Source of the DNA: Octopus bimaculoides
Lineage: Eukaryota
Direction of reading: 5' to 3'
NCBI RefSeq assembly: GCF_001194135.2
Contig: NC_068994.1
Location: 52,973,195-53,026,533 of the forward strand
Length of the DNA: 53,339 nucleotides
Under the pieces are notes generated by a model. That model made no database searches. It was not told the DNA's origin and saw only the letters and a list, made by a program, of their open reading frames with translations. Positions 11,627-25,355 of this stretch are shown piece by piece. Position 1 is the first letter of the stretch, and the number at the start of each line of letters is the position of its first letter. The translations under genes and the position numbers were made by a program.

Positions 11627-12592
11627 AAATTGTTCTGGAAGCAAGGGGTAAACGAGGGAAATAAATGCATTTAATGCGTTATTTTATAGAACAGATAAAA
11701 TGTAAATTATATGGAAGATAAAAATGAGATAAGATCCGAAAAATAAAAGAATAGCAGAGGAAAATATTTAAAGAACAGATATATTCTAAGTATTCATTTC
11801 AAGCTGGCGCTTATGTATTCTGTTTAGGAGGTTCTTCTTCCAGCGAAATTGCAAAAGACAAAATGTTCATCTCAAGACAGATGTATGATATTCTTGCATA
11901 GCCCTATATCGGAACTGAGAGCGTGGACCTTTAACAATATGTGTTCCAGCTCTTTAAGCCCAGTATTCTTTTTCACAAATCTTCATATCTCATAGTTAGA
12001 TACAGAGTCAGTTGTATTGTTTTTTTGTTTTTTTTTTTAATCTGCGAATGATTTTGACTTGAAGAAAATTCGGTCGCTAGTTATTGGCGGTTTTAGCACC
12101 ACATAGAGGCTCGCTTTGGCGAGATCCACGACAAATAATAAATACACCGTGCCTTATAAACTAGCTTCAAAGTATTTAGTGTATAGATTCTCTGCTGTCC
12201 AAGTTACCGTTTTCCGATATGTTTTATACCTGAAAATTTATAAATCTAATCTCGCTTCCATCTTTAGGACAAGACACACAAATGAAAACTTTTCATTCAT
12301 GAATTATTAGTACTTTGTTTTGCTTCGTTTTTCTAGCAGGCTCTAGCATAATATAAAATTTAATCTTGGGATAATTCGGTTTATGAGACGTCGTAGACAG
12401 CAAATGACTGAAATGAAAGTTGGTAAAAAGAGAAAATAATAATAGTAAATATTTGTAAACAAAATTTAATTGGCGTCCAGGTTTATCGATGTTTCGTAAG
12501 TTATTTGTCAAAAAAGAAAAGGAATAAAATAAAATGAAAATAAAAATGCAACAGCCAATTCCATGAACTGATCCACGTTTCGTGTTTACATT

Positions 12593-12826
12593 CCTTTGCC
12601 TCGACGAAATGCCTACTATCGCTTATCAGAGATGCACATATCGTCAGCCACTAAGAGACATGATCAACTGGTTAAGGTCAAACAACTGACATGCAAATCT
12701 GTGGTATTAAGCAGAATATTTGCTGTAGCCCATCTTCTATACCAAGACAAAGCAATGTACATGATACCACTTCCAATCAATTAAAATCAGAAGGCATGAG
12801 AGCCACTGCCTGGTACAGCATCCGGG

Positions 12827-12891
<65 letters not shown>
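12593..12891 (+). mobile_element. Interspersed retroelement end segment abutting (ATT)n
   Basis: ...cgtcagccactaagagacatgatcaactggttaaggtcaaacaactgac...gagagccactgcctggtacagcatccgggc followed directly by (ATT)n 12828-12891. Recalled as a common octopus repeat; family and orientation inferred. Confidence 0.5.
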
Positions 12892-12892
<1 letters not shown>

Positions 12893-13199
12893 CATCATCA
12901 TCACCATCGTTACTATTTTGCTTGGGAGCAGGATGGATCCACCCTGGAATGTATATGTAAGTATTTGGTAATAAGGGAGGAAAATAAATTGGGATTGTAT
13001 GAAGATTGTGTAACTCTCTTGTATGCAATGAAATTATTTGCCCTTGGGAATTAAAAAAAAATAGGAAAGAGCTAAACTGTTTAAACATGTTCGAAATCAT
13101 AATTCGAAAACATAGCAACAAATTAAAACGAAAGAAAGAATGTTCAATGTTGAATTATTGGTGTTTTTAGGATAGATTGCCTACATGACAACTTCAATA

Positions 13200-13334
13200 T
13201 CATCATCATCATCAACATTACAATGAGCACCACCAACACTACCGCTAGCTCCGTTCCTATCATCCTCTTAATCATCAATTTGCTTTCCTCTTTGTTACTT
13301 CCCTCATCAACAGTACCACCACCACCACCACTAG

Positions 13335-13377
<43 letters not shown>

Positions 13378-13592
13378 GTAATCATCATCATCATCATCAT
13401 CGTCATCGTCGTCATCATTGTCATTATCTTCAACGTACCACCCATCAGCGATGTTGCAGTCGATGTTGCAGCTGTATCACAGTTAGTCTTCTTCATCACC
13501 TCAATAATCAGGAGGACATCTTTGTGGTTATCATCTTCAAGAAAATTATCACCACCACCTACACCATCATCATCATCATCATCATCATCACC
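13200..13592. repeat. Degenerate (CAT)n/(CAC)n field
   Basis: Directly visible; purest run 13336-13400. Confidence 0.9.
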
Positions 13593-15133
13593 GTCATAAT
13601 CATCCTCTTAATATCAGTTGGGAGTTATTATAAATTCTATCTCGGATATTGATTGGAGAGGCAAACTCTCCAAATGTCCCAAGCCTTGTGGCGCTCCCAA
13701 ACAAAATCATTCGATAAGATGATGAATAAAATGTAATGAGATAAGTAAAATCATATGAAGATAAAACGATATCTACATCTATCTATCTATCTTCCTCTCT
13801 CTCTCTATCTCTCTCTCTCNNNNNNNNNNNNNNNNNNNNNNNNNNNNNNNNNNNNNNNNNNNNNNNNNNNNNNNNNNNNNNNNNNNNNNNNNNNNNNNNN
13901 NNNNNNNNNNNNNNNNNNNNNNNNNNNNNNNNNNNNNNNNNNNNNNNNNNNNNNNNNNNNNNNNNNNNNNNNNNNNNNNNNNNNNNNNNNNNNNNNNNNN
14001 NNNNNNNNNNNNNNNNNNNNNNNNNNNNNNNNNNNNNNNNNNNNNNNNNNNNNNNNNNNNNNNNNNNNNNNNNNNNNNNNNNNNNNNNNNNNNNNNNNNN
14101 NNNNNNNNNNNNNNNNNNNNNNNNNNNNNNNNNNNNNNNNNNNNNNNNNNNNNNNNNNNNNNNNNNNNNNNNNNNNNNNNNNNNNNNNNNNNNNNNNNNN
14201 NNNNNNNNNNNNNNNNNNNNNNNNNNNNNNNNNNNNNNNNNNNNNNNNNNNNNNNNNNNNNNNNNNNNNNNNNNNNNNNNNNNNATTTCTCAGTTATTTT
14301 AGCTTTCTTTCGTCTTGCTTTTATTTCATATTTTGGCAGTCGTTATGTTTATTTCAAATTTAATATATATGTATACACACACATATATATATATATATAT
14401 ATATGATGTTTTTATAATATATATATAAAGTTATATTCTGATGTACGTTCGCTTGTGTATATGTTTGTTTGTATGTACGATAGATAAACAAATGCTAAAT
14501 CTCGAAACAATTAATAACGGCCCAGCTGTCAATTTAAGTGAAGCCTAGTTAATTAAACGGAATTGAGGAATAAAAAGGATATATAATTATTACATAAACA
14601 TAAGCCCACGCTAACATTTACAGAAACCAAAAAGGTAACATAGTCCCACACACATTCGTACGTATATACCTAGATCCATTCATACATATATACATACAGT
14701 AAGACAGGTAGACACACGCATAGGCTGAAACTGACAGATGTATATGTCTAAATACATACATAAATTCTTGAATAACTGGATGAAAATATCAAAGTGGAGT
14801 AGGTATAGGCCTAAAGTCTATGATTTAATGACTTGTATTTCTAGATACTTATTTCAAATCTAGTGAACACCAATTTAATATTTCACAACCGATAGTATTA
14901 GTCTATGTATTAGTGGTATATTAGTAACGGTACCAGTGGCTTCATGAAGGAAGTTGCAAAACATTCCAAGCGATCCACTTGCAAACAGTGGTAGTTCACC
15001 TACATATTGGATTATTATGGAAACGGGTTATTAACACTCTTAAGTGGATCACAGGAAAACTTGCTCCACGCTTGAAACCTTAGGTAGCATTACTGATCCA
15101 CAAATAAGGATTATAGGTATATAATAAATAAAT

Positions 15134-15177
<44 letters not shown>

Positions 15178-15990
15178 GGGAGAGAGAGAGAGTCAGAGAG
15201 ACAGGCAGAGAGACAGACAGATATACGGATATAGATGTGAATATATACATTTATACATACATTCATTCATGCATATATACATGTATATATGTATNNNNNN
15301 NNNNNNNNNNNNNNNNNNNNNNNNNNNNNNNNNNNNNNNNNNNNNNNNNNNNNNNNNNNNNNNNNNNNNNNNNNNNNNNNNNNNNNNNNNNNNNNNNNNN
15401 NNNNNNNNNNNNNNNNNNNNNNNNNNNNNNNNNNNNNNNNNNNNNNNNNNNNNNNNNNNNNNNNNNNNNNNNNNNNNNNNNNNNNNNNNNNNNNNNNNNN
15501 NNNNNNNNNNNNNNNNNNNNNNNNNNNNNNNNNNNNNNNNNNNNNNNNNNNNNNNNNNNNNNNNNNNNNNNNNNNNNNNNNNNNNNNNNNNNNNNNNNNN
15601 NNNNNNNNNNNNNNNNNNNNNNNNNNNNNNNNNNNNNNNNNNNNNNNNNNNNNNNNNNNNNNNNNNNNNNNNNNNNNNNNNNNNNNNNNNNNNNNNNNNN
15701 NNNNNNNNNNNNNNNNNNNNNNNNNNNNNNNNNNNNNNNNNNNNNNNNNNNNNNNNNNNNNNNNNNNNNNNNNNNNNNNNNNNNNNNNNNNNNNNNNNNN
15801 NNNNNNNNNNNNNNNNNNNNNNNNNNNNNNNNNNNNNNNNNNNNNNNNNNNNNNNNNNNNNNNNNNNNNNNNNNNNNNNNNNNNNNNNNNNNNNNNNNNN
15901 NNNNNNNNNNNNNNNNNNNNNNNNNNNNNNNNNNNNNNNNNNNNNNNNNNNNNNNNNNNNNNNNNNNNNNNNNNNNNNNNNNNNNNNNNN

Positions 15991-16022
<32 letters not shown>

Positions 16023-16817
16023 ATGTATATGCATAGGAATATAAGTATATGCATATGTATTTTTCTTTATAAATGCTAAATGATGCACGTTAAATATGTT
16101 ACATATGTATGTATGTGTGTGCATTTATATCGATATATGCATACATAGAAATATACACACCCACGGACATACAGAGGCACACACATACAGAGACACACAC
16201 ACACATTTATATACTATATTTTATACCCGGGGAGTATTACGTATAAATATACAAATCATGTATGTATGTATGTATGTATGTATGTATGCATGTATGTATG
16301 CATGTACATATGCACGCATGTATGGATACATAATTGCATACCTGAAACGTGTGTATATTCGATAGTCTTTGTCAATGCAACAGGATGCGTCTCTGCAAAG
16401 ACCAGAATTTCTTTCATACATAGAGAGGAACAATCAAAAGGCATGCACAGAACCACGGACGGCGGGAGACATTTTCAAGCTGAACAACGTAGAGACATGC
16501 ATAGCTTGCAGGAACGATGCGTCGCGTGCATGATAAGGATGAACAGCGTAAATTTATCATCGTTCCGTTATGGAAGGTGTCCTTGAAGAATCAGTTCATC
16601 AGTCTTAATTGTGCACTGTATAATAGGAATATACTGTATCACTGCCTCTTCGTCTCCGCCTCTTTTTCATTCTCTCTCTGTCTCTGTTTCTCTCTTTATC
16701 ACTGTCTCCCTATTTTAGTATAAGCTACCACACAGACAGACACACAAATATAAATAGGTATAGTTTCATACATGTATATATACGCACGCACACACGTATA
16801 CATACACACACACCCAA

Positions 16818-16818
<1 letters not shown>

Positions 16819-16907
<89 letters not shown>
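16819..16907. repeat. (GATA)n microsatellite
   Basis: About 22 perfect units. Confidence 0.97.
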
Positions 16908-16908
<1 letters not shown>

Positions 16909-17321
16909 CGTACGTATGTGTGCGTGTGTTAATGATGAAATGTGACGGAATGATTGGCGTTCAAGTCTTTCTGCATAATATATCAAACCCAATGCAAATG
17001 ATTCGCAATAAACACTCGTTATACATTGAGAACTTTATTTACGAATCAAATCGCATCTTTTCAATAGAATATGAGAACCAATAAATAAAATATTTATCTT
17101 GTGAACGTGCACTTCACTTGGTTTGATTATTCGACTATAAATTTCCAATAATTGCAATCCAATATTTCCAGGAAAGATATTCTAAGATTATTCAGTTAGG
17201 AAAACTTTTGCATGAGTCTGATGTAAAATCTTGAGAGGAACGAGGTGTTTGGGAGTCACATAATCATTGGGCTGTAATAAAAGGACTTTCACACACCAAT
17301 CAGTTAACTAATTGATATTTC

Positions 17322-17475
17322 TATTCTTTTATTTGTTACAGTCATTTTGACTGCGGCCGTGCTGGAGCACCCCCTTCAGTCGAACAAATCAACCCCAGGG
17401 CTTATTCTTTGTAAGCTTAATACTTATTATTCTATCGGTTTCTTTTGCCAAACCGCTAAGTTACGGGACGTAGAC
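17322..17475 (-). mobile_element. 3' half of SINE family B (remainder in N gap)
   Basis: Reverse complement cccgtaacttagcggtttggcaaaagaaaccgatagaat...cttacaaagaataag...ggtgctccagcacggccgcagtcaaaatgactg; aligns with 27450-27550. Confidence 0.85.
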
Positions 17476-19194
17476 NNNNNNNNNNNNNNNNNNNNNNNNN
17501 NNNNNNNNNNNNNNNNNNNNNNNNNNNNNNNNNNNNNNNNNNNNNNNNNNNNNNNNNNNNNNNNNNNNNNNNNNNNNNNNNNNNNNNNNNNNNNNNNNNN
17601 NNNNNNNNNNNNNNNNNNNNNNNNNNNNNNNNNNNNNNNNNNNNNNNNNNNNNNNNNNNNNNNNNNNNNNNNNNNNNNNNNNNNNNNNNNNNNNNNNNNN
17701 NNNNNNNNNNNNNNNNNNNNNNNNNNNNNNNNNNNNNNNNNNNNNNNNNNNNNNNNNNNNNNNNNNNNNNNNNNNNNNNNNNNNNNNNNNNNNNNNNNNN
17801 NNNNNNNNNNNNNNNNNNNNNNNNNNNNNNNNNNNNNNNNNNNNNNNNNNNNNNNNNNNNNNNNNNNNNNNNNNNNNNNNNNNNNNNNNNNNNNNNNNNN
17901 NNNNNNNNNNNNNNNNNNNNNNNNNNNNNNNNNNNNNNNNNNNNNNNNNNNNNNNNNNNNNNNNNNNNNNNNNNNNNNNNNNNNNNNNNNNNNNNNNNNN
18001 NNNNNNNNNNNNNNNNNNNNNNNNNNNNNNNNNNNNNNNNNNNNNNNNNNNNNNNNNNNNNNNNNNNNNNNNNNNNNNNNNNNNNNNNNNNNNNNNNNNN
18101 NNNNNNNNNNNNNNNNNNNNNNNNNNNNNNNNNNNNNNNNNNNNNNNNNNNNNNNNNNNNNNNNNNNNNNNNNNNNNNNNNNNNNNNNNNNNNNNNNNNN
18201 NNNNNNNNNNNNNNNNNNNNNNNNNNNNNNNNNNNNNNNNNNNNNNNNNNNNNNNNNNNNNNNNNNNNNNATATATATATATATACATACATATATGCAC
18301 ATATGTATATATATATATATATACATACACACATACATACGTATGCATTTGTATGTATGTTTGTTTGTGTATGTAAGTTTATGTGTGTCCGTGTAGGTCT
18401 GTGTATTTTGTAGATTTACATCGGGTTTTGCTTTGCGTTTCAAAGATTTTATCGACAAAATATATAGCTGCAATATATTGACATCAACTGTAGCCTTTAT
18501 ATTTATTAACGAATTTTAAAATATTACTGTTTCTCTAAAAGTATATTGAAACAGCTGTCGTTTAAGGTACTTGCAGCAATAGTTATCTTCACTGTACAAA
18601 CATGCACACACACGTACGTGCTTGTGTTTCAGTGTCTGTGTATCTGTATGAGTGTGTGTGTAGCAAATAACTATCTGTATACTGATGGTTGACAATTTGT
18701 CCTGTCCTTGACTAATTAAATAATTTATTGGTTTTTGAAATATTAATATTTTCATTTCAACATTCATTAAGGATAATATTGTAAAAATTAGTTTAAAGAA
18801 TTTATCAAACATCTTGAAATAATTTTGATTAATTTGTCATGTGTATTAAATGAAATGTAAATTTATATAAGTTATCGCTTCCACTTGAAACAACTATGGA
18901 AATTTTAATAAACAAATTAAATCGGGGTTTATATACTTCACTCAAAAGCAATTATTCTTATCAACATTTATTGTATATATTGTTGTTTTGTTATTGATTT
19001 TATTATTTTTGTTTAACCCAGAGCCAAACGTAACTGAGGAGATCTGCGATCAAAATCGTTCTTGTCCTCGTCGTATTGTTGGTTAAAAACTATCACAAAT
19101 AATTATTCAATTATCTCACGCATTTCCCTTTAAAATTATTTCTAATTTAACATAACGTTAAATTTCTAATTTAACATTATTTCTTTCTCACTCA

Positions 19195-19330
19195 CTGTGT
19201 CACGCCGAATCTCCCCGAGAATTACATTAAGGGTACACGTGTCTGTGTATCCTTATTAATTTCACGAACAGGATGTTCCGTTGATCGGACCAACTGGAAC
19301 CCTCGCCGTCGTAACCGACAGAGTGCCACT
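19195..19330. mobile_element. Interspersed repeat fragment (probable retroelement terminus)
   Basis: ctgtgtcacgccgaatctccccgagaattacattaagggtacacgtgtctgtg...gatcggaccaactggaaccctcgccgtcgtaaccgacagagtgcca; recalled as a common octopus repeat; no second copy in the window to confirm. Confidence 0.4.
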
Positions 19331-20810
19331 AGAACCTTACATTTTGCGTCAAAATGTGGGAACTTATATATAGTCTTCGCCCATGTGGGAACTTAAATAT
19401 AGTCTTCGCTCGGCTTCAATTTATCGCAATAATTGATTAATAATATTAATGCTCATAAATAAAATAGAAAAATCTTTGATTGTTATTTTGTCATCTATCA
19501 GATTTAACGGCGATGTTTACTTAAATTTTATTGCTTGCTGCTAGTGCTGTTGCTATGAAAAGCTGTTGCTAAGTGGGCGTACTTGTGGTCATTTTACGGA
19601 CAGCTAACGTCAAAGATAATCTAATTCTCTCCAATGAAACTGTTCTTAAAATCGATTTTGTTGTGGCTACAAATAGGCTAGTTAAACCCTTGCAATATAA
19701 TTACAAATCGTTGAGGAATGAAACATTGAGAGCTGCTTCAGCTTTAAATCCTATAACATTTGAAAACTTAATGTGAAAAGTTCAACTCTTGAGGTGGAAT
19801 TTAAAATTGTTTTCTACTTAAAAGCGAAATTACAATTTCTTCCGTGCTCTCCGAATAGCTGCAACTGTGTAGCAAACTAATTAATGTTAACGACTTGGTA
19901 GCTATTCAAGCTGAGTAATTATTTTCCAAAATCATGAAAAGATAAACCGTCACATATATTTACCAAAAACTGAATACACAGTGACAGACATACACACACG
20001 CACATATGTATATATCCACACATATGTATATACACTCACAGCCACATTAAACTGACACACACATTCCAAGTGCACGTTTTCCTCGAACACGCAAAATTTA
20101 CTGTAAGGCAAATTGCAAAAATCAATATAATTATCTCCAAGGTTTTTTTTTTTTTTTTCCATAAGTACAAGTTATTGTACATTTATCGGACAGAAAGTAC
20201 ATATACGAAACACTCATCCATCCGCACACACACACATACATACATACTTACACACACCCGAACATATATATATATATANNNNNNNNNNNNNNNNNNNNNN
20301 NNNNNNNNNNNNNNNNNNNNNNNNNNNNNNNNNNNNNNNNNNNNNNNNNNNNNNNNNNNNNNNNNNNNNNNNNNNNNNNNNNNNNNNNNNNNNNNNNNNN
20401 NNNNNNNNNNNNNNNNNNNNNNNNNNNNNNNNNNNNNNNNNNNNNNNNNNNNNNNNNNNNNNNNNNNNNNNNNNNNNNNNNNNNNNNNNNNNNNNNNNNN
20501 NNNNNNNNNNNNNNNNNNNNNNNNNNNNNNNNNNNNNNNNNNNNNNNNNNNNNNNNNNNNNNNNNNNNNNNNNNNNNNNNNNNNNNNNNNNNNNNNNNNN
20601 NNNNNNNNNNNNNNNNNNNNNNNNNNNNNNNNNNNNNNNNNNNNNNNNNNNNNNNNNNNNNNNNNNNNNNNNNNNNNNNNNNNNNNNNNNNNNNNNNNNN
20701 NNNNNNNNNNNNNNNNNNNNNNNNNNNNNNNNNNNNNNNNNNNNNNNNNNNNNNNNNNNNNNNNNNNNNNNNNNNNNNNNNNNNNNNNNNNNNNNNNNNN
20801 NNNNNNNNNA

Positions 20811-21035
20811 TAAGTTGCGACGTCATTGGTGCCAATCTGTATCGGCCCCTTTGCTTTACTCTTGGATAACATGGGTGGCGTGGAGAGGTGGCAGGCTGGT
20901 ATGCACGGGTGAGTGCTGGTCTTCCATAAAAACAGCCTGAAGTTGTAAGTTCGCCGGTGAGGCGATTTTCCGCCCAGACTTGCAACCTGGGTGGGGGGGC
21001 AGTCTCTTAGGTGCACCCATGGTCATTCGCGGTCG
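20811..21035 (+). mobile_element. 3' portion of a third SINE family (C); head presumably in the preceding gap
   Basis: GC-rich gttgcgacgtcattggtgccaatctgtatcggcc...ggctggtatgcacggg...ctggtcttccataaa...taggtgcacccatggtcatt, recalled from an octopus SINE consensus. Confidence 0.6.
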
Positions 21036-21062
21036 AGTTTTATATATATATATATATATATA

Positions 21063-21180
21063 CAGTAACCCCTCGCCATATCGCGGGTCACTTATCAGGC
21101 ACTCAGTACATCACGGATGTTTCTGCCTAATATATGTAAATTTATATCGCAGACTCCTCAGTATATCCGGGATTCTGCGG
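21063..21180 (+). mobile_element. Left end of a Tigger/pogo-like (Tc1/mariner) DNA element
   Basis: (TA)n|CAGTAACCCCTCGCCATATCGCGG: TA target plus CAGT..CCCTCG..ATCGCG terminus typical of Tigger-like TIRs; matching right TIR not found. Confidence 0.5.
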
Positions 21181-22631
21181 CCGCTAGTTATTTGTATCTT
21201 TTTAGATTTTGATTATTTCTGTGCTAGGTTTTGGAACGTAACACTCGGGATATTGTTTTTTTTAAGGTAATTTGATATACAAAGTAAACATTAGAAATGC
21301 ACAGTTTTCGTATACGCACAACATGCATTGATATGCAAATTAGAAAAACCGATTTACTTGCGTGCAAGATGACATATTAGCTGTACGCTAAGTGATCTCT
21401 GACTGTAGTCCAAGTAAACTAGAAACAATGGAAATCAATGAAATTTCGAGCTTTTTGTGGGGTTTTGATCTTTATTTTGTGGTGCTGACCACAGAGGAAA
21501 CAGATTCTTATGTACACGCCATTTTGTTTTTCACGGCTATGTAGAATTGTCGGTTTAATAAGAACACACATGAGTAAATTTGAGTTGTTTTCCATTATTA
21601 GTTACAATTGCTATGCAGAGCACTGTTAATTAATATACGCTCTATATTATGCCTTACAGTATTGATTATGAGCCATGCTTCATATTAGAAAGAGGTTCTT
21701 GATGAGGTTAAAGCATACACTTGAAACTGTCTACAGCAGTCCAGTATTATCACGAACAAAATGAATTTAATTGCTATTGAATATTTGCTACACAATCATA
21801 AGCATGTAATTGTCAAATTTTGAAGTTTTGTACACAAACATAAGTAGATGATAGTTTAATTAAACAACTAAATCATCAATTAATAAATACTGTATAAGAG
21901 GTGGCGTATTTTGTCCGGTGGATTAAAGATTCTACCAGCTCACCGCATTGATGATAATAATAATAATAGTAATGATAATAATAATATTTTATTAGTATAT
22001 ACATATATATATACACATATGTATATGATATATATGTGTGCGTGTGTATATGTGTGTGTATGTGTGTGTCTTTGTTCATGTCCGTGTATATACGTGCACA
22101 CACACTCACAAAAATAAGTGTTAGCAGTAATAGTGTTTATCATCCATAGATATAGATATATAGGTTGTGTGTAACACAAGCTGTGTCAGATTTAAGTGGT
22201 CTATGCATCAACCTTAATGTAGATATATCTATATGTTTGTGTTTAAACACAGCACGTCCATAAGAGATTTTATCTGACGGACGAATACCGCAGTGAAATT
22301 ACCTTTTAAGCTGCATTTACAGTACTATGCACACACACGCACACACACATACACACACTCATATATACATATATACACGCACACACGCACACACACACAC
22401 GCACACACACGCACACACACACAAATATATATCACCTTCATGCGTTTTCTACTTCTTTACCTGATTAAGCTATTTTTTCCAATGTTTTGTTTGTGCCAAA
22501 CAATAAAAGTCTCGGATAACTTCCTATGATATGTATATGTGTGTGTGTGTGTGTGTGTGTACAGATAGGTAAGTAGATCCGTAGATAGGCGGATAGATAA
22601 TGTGTGCGTATTCATATATGTATTTGTGTAC

Positions 22632-22679
<48 letters not shown>

Positions 22680-23380
22680 GTGTAAATGTTTATAGTTATG
22701 CATGTATGTATGTATTCAATAGATTCATTTCCGCCAAAGTGTACGAATTAAGCCAGTGGTCAAACAACACATCAATATATTAAATCCTGACCTCGCATTT
22801 GAAAGAGAGGTAATCTGCCAATGCACAGATACGGAGGTAATTGATCACAAAATGCGTATTATATATGTCTTTTAACTCGACCTCATCTGATACGCATTTG
22901 CCATTGAGGGAGAGAAGGAGAGAAAGGATGAGAGAGAGAACGCGAGAGTTAGTGGAACCCAGAGAGACAGAATATCCATTACATTAGATTGGTTTTTATC
23001 GTTGAATAAAGAGAATACTTAAGTAAATGCTTTCGTAAATATAGGGACAGATGTTATGGGGGATTTGGTACTTTCGAAGGATTCATGAAGCGGTCGTTTC
23101 TGTAACTTTTGCAAAAATCCACATAGGGAAAATATAACCCGAGAATAATATTGATTTATATCCTTCTTCAAAGATCTATTCCGATGGCGAGCACGTTCCT
23201 AAGCTTTATAGATCGGAAATATGTTTACACGTTCTCTCGGTGCGGAGAAATTTTTGCTTCTCACTGTCATCAAAGCTTTAAACTATAAGAGAGTTAAAAG
23301 TTATCAATATATATATTTACATAAATGCAAGTGTAATGATGTATTTATATATGTATGTCCATTTACATGTCTATATATAT

Positions 23381-23429
<49 letters not shown>

Positions 23430-24675
23430 TGTATGTATATATATGTATGTACTTTTGTCCATTAACGTGTGTGTTTATATATATATAGAGAGATAGATAG
23501 AGATATAACAACGCACACTCTAATTATTTTACATGTTATATATCTCTTACTTCTAAGACTTCTTTCCGTTTGAACATATCGATATTTTGGCAGGGGTTTA
23601 TATAATAGCATAGAAATTGCGGCATAACATGTAATTTTTAGTTATGCAGTTATGTAGCCATGTATATCATGCGAAGTTATGTAAAGGGGAAAATGACACG
23701 TAATATCATCACACCATTACAGTTTATAGAATTAGTATTTGACACAATGACGTCTTAGTAGGACAACCGTATAATTGTATTGACATGTCCCGTCTATCAT
23801 AGTGGTTTCCTTATCGTTAACACAGAATATAGAAAGTATTGATATGTAATATGTATTTTCCCTCCCAATACATTTATTTCTAGTTTGTGTTTTAATGATC
23901 TCTACATTAAGCATAACACAAAACCAACAATAGCGTTTTAGCGAATGCCATTATGTAACTGCATTTACGCCATTAGAATTTATCGGTACTATCTTTACAA
24001 CTAACCGCCGCGACCACTAGGGGAAAAAAGGAGAGAGAATACGCGAAACACAACCAAATATCAAACGTTAACTGACAAATTATGATCACCCAACCAGAAC
24101 GCCTAACCTATATAGAAACTTTTATATATCAAACAACATTCCCACAAACTAGATGTAAATAATAAATCTTTATGTGAAGTTAATAGTCTTTTGTCTGCTT
24201 GTTGAATGGCTAATAGGTGTTTTTCACGCTGCAGTTGTTTTAATTTCCACAAACAATATCAGATCAGGTAAGCCTCCCAAATACTTTTATTCATCAACTA
24301 GTGTACAATCTCCAATACTTTCTTTGTTATTATCCCATCAACGCTTTGCTTATAATGGTATACTAAGACGGAAACATGCCTGGATTTGGCAAAACATTAG
24401 CTGTTCAATAATATTAATTTTCCTTTATCATGCAGCAATTTGTAGTAACGTACTCTCTTTTATATATGCTGTCTGAAACTTAATTGCTGTTTTGTTTTTC
24501 GTATGGATATTAATGGACGAAATATATATTCATTTAATCATGACAAACATATGAATACAATGTAACCATCCAGTGAAGAAGCATTTGTCAACAAGTCACA
24601 TCGAAGAAATTGGTACTGCGTAAAACTCTAGCATATGGGCTGTTACATTTGTTTGTACATATATATATATATAGT

Positions 24676-24732
24676 GAGAATATACAAAAAAAAACAAAAG
24701 ACGAAGGCGGGTGAGAAAGTCTTTTACGTTTC
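24676..24732. mobile_element. Deleted fragment of the same repeat as 39988-40115 (putative Penelope-like)
   Basis: gagaat.acaaaaaaaaaca...gacgaag.c.ggtg and aaagtctt..acgtttc are shared with 39990-40086; ribozyme core not retained. Confidence 0.55.
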
Positions 24733-25355
24733 TAGTTTAAGCTGACTTTAAAGTGAAACAGTACACAAAAAGGGGTTTTAAACCATAGTCGGCAGCTGCA
24801 TTTGGACACATTGTGATAGAGCACCTTCTGTCTGCTGTATTCAGGTAAGTTCTGAAACTACTGGCCTTTGTAGACGAGGTCGCTAAGTTTATTAACTATT
24901 TTAGAATGCTAATTTCATTACCTCACCTTATATTTAAGGTGAGGTATTGTTCTACTGTCCACCCTTCTAGATTGTTAAATTGGAGAACACCTACCTTAAC
25001 TTCTTACATATTGGTCATTCTGAATAGAAGTTTTACTCGTTGATGGACTGTTGATTTATCAAGGAATCACTACTCACTTGTTTATTTGGTAGCCTGATGA
25101 ATTGGAAGTTAGGTAATTTATGACGCAATCTTACTGTATTAAGCTTATGTCACAATAAAGAATCCTAATGAAACAATTGCAGTAATACTGCATATGTGAA
25201 CGTGTTAGTGTATGACGGAGAAAGAGGGGTGTGTACATTTTCTAGGCAATTAGTTTAATTCGACAAATAGTTTGAAAGGTAATTAATTTTAAAACAAAGA
25301 ATTGTTTTATAAAGGATTGCATTGTGAGGTTACTTTGGTCACTGAAGAACACAGA

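Noticed and set aside
11009-11674. Poly-E/K/R/Q and poly-F/L ORFs resembling an acidic low-complexity protein
   Set aside because: All frames are open simply because (AAG)n has no stops; no complex flanking coding sequence or splice support.
24170-24480. Minus-strand LINE RT hints (ADD after a 1-nt indel; IGDCTLVDE*KYLG)
   Set aside because: Only two short motifs, one needing an assumed indel; insufficient without a profile search.
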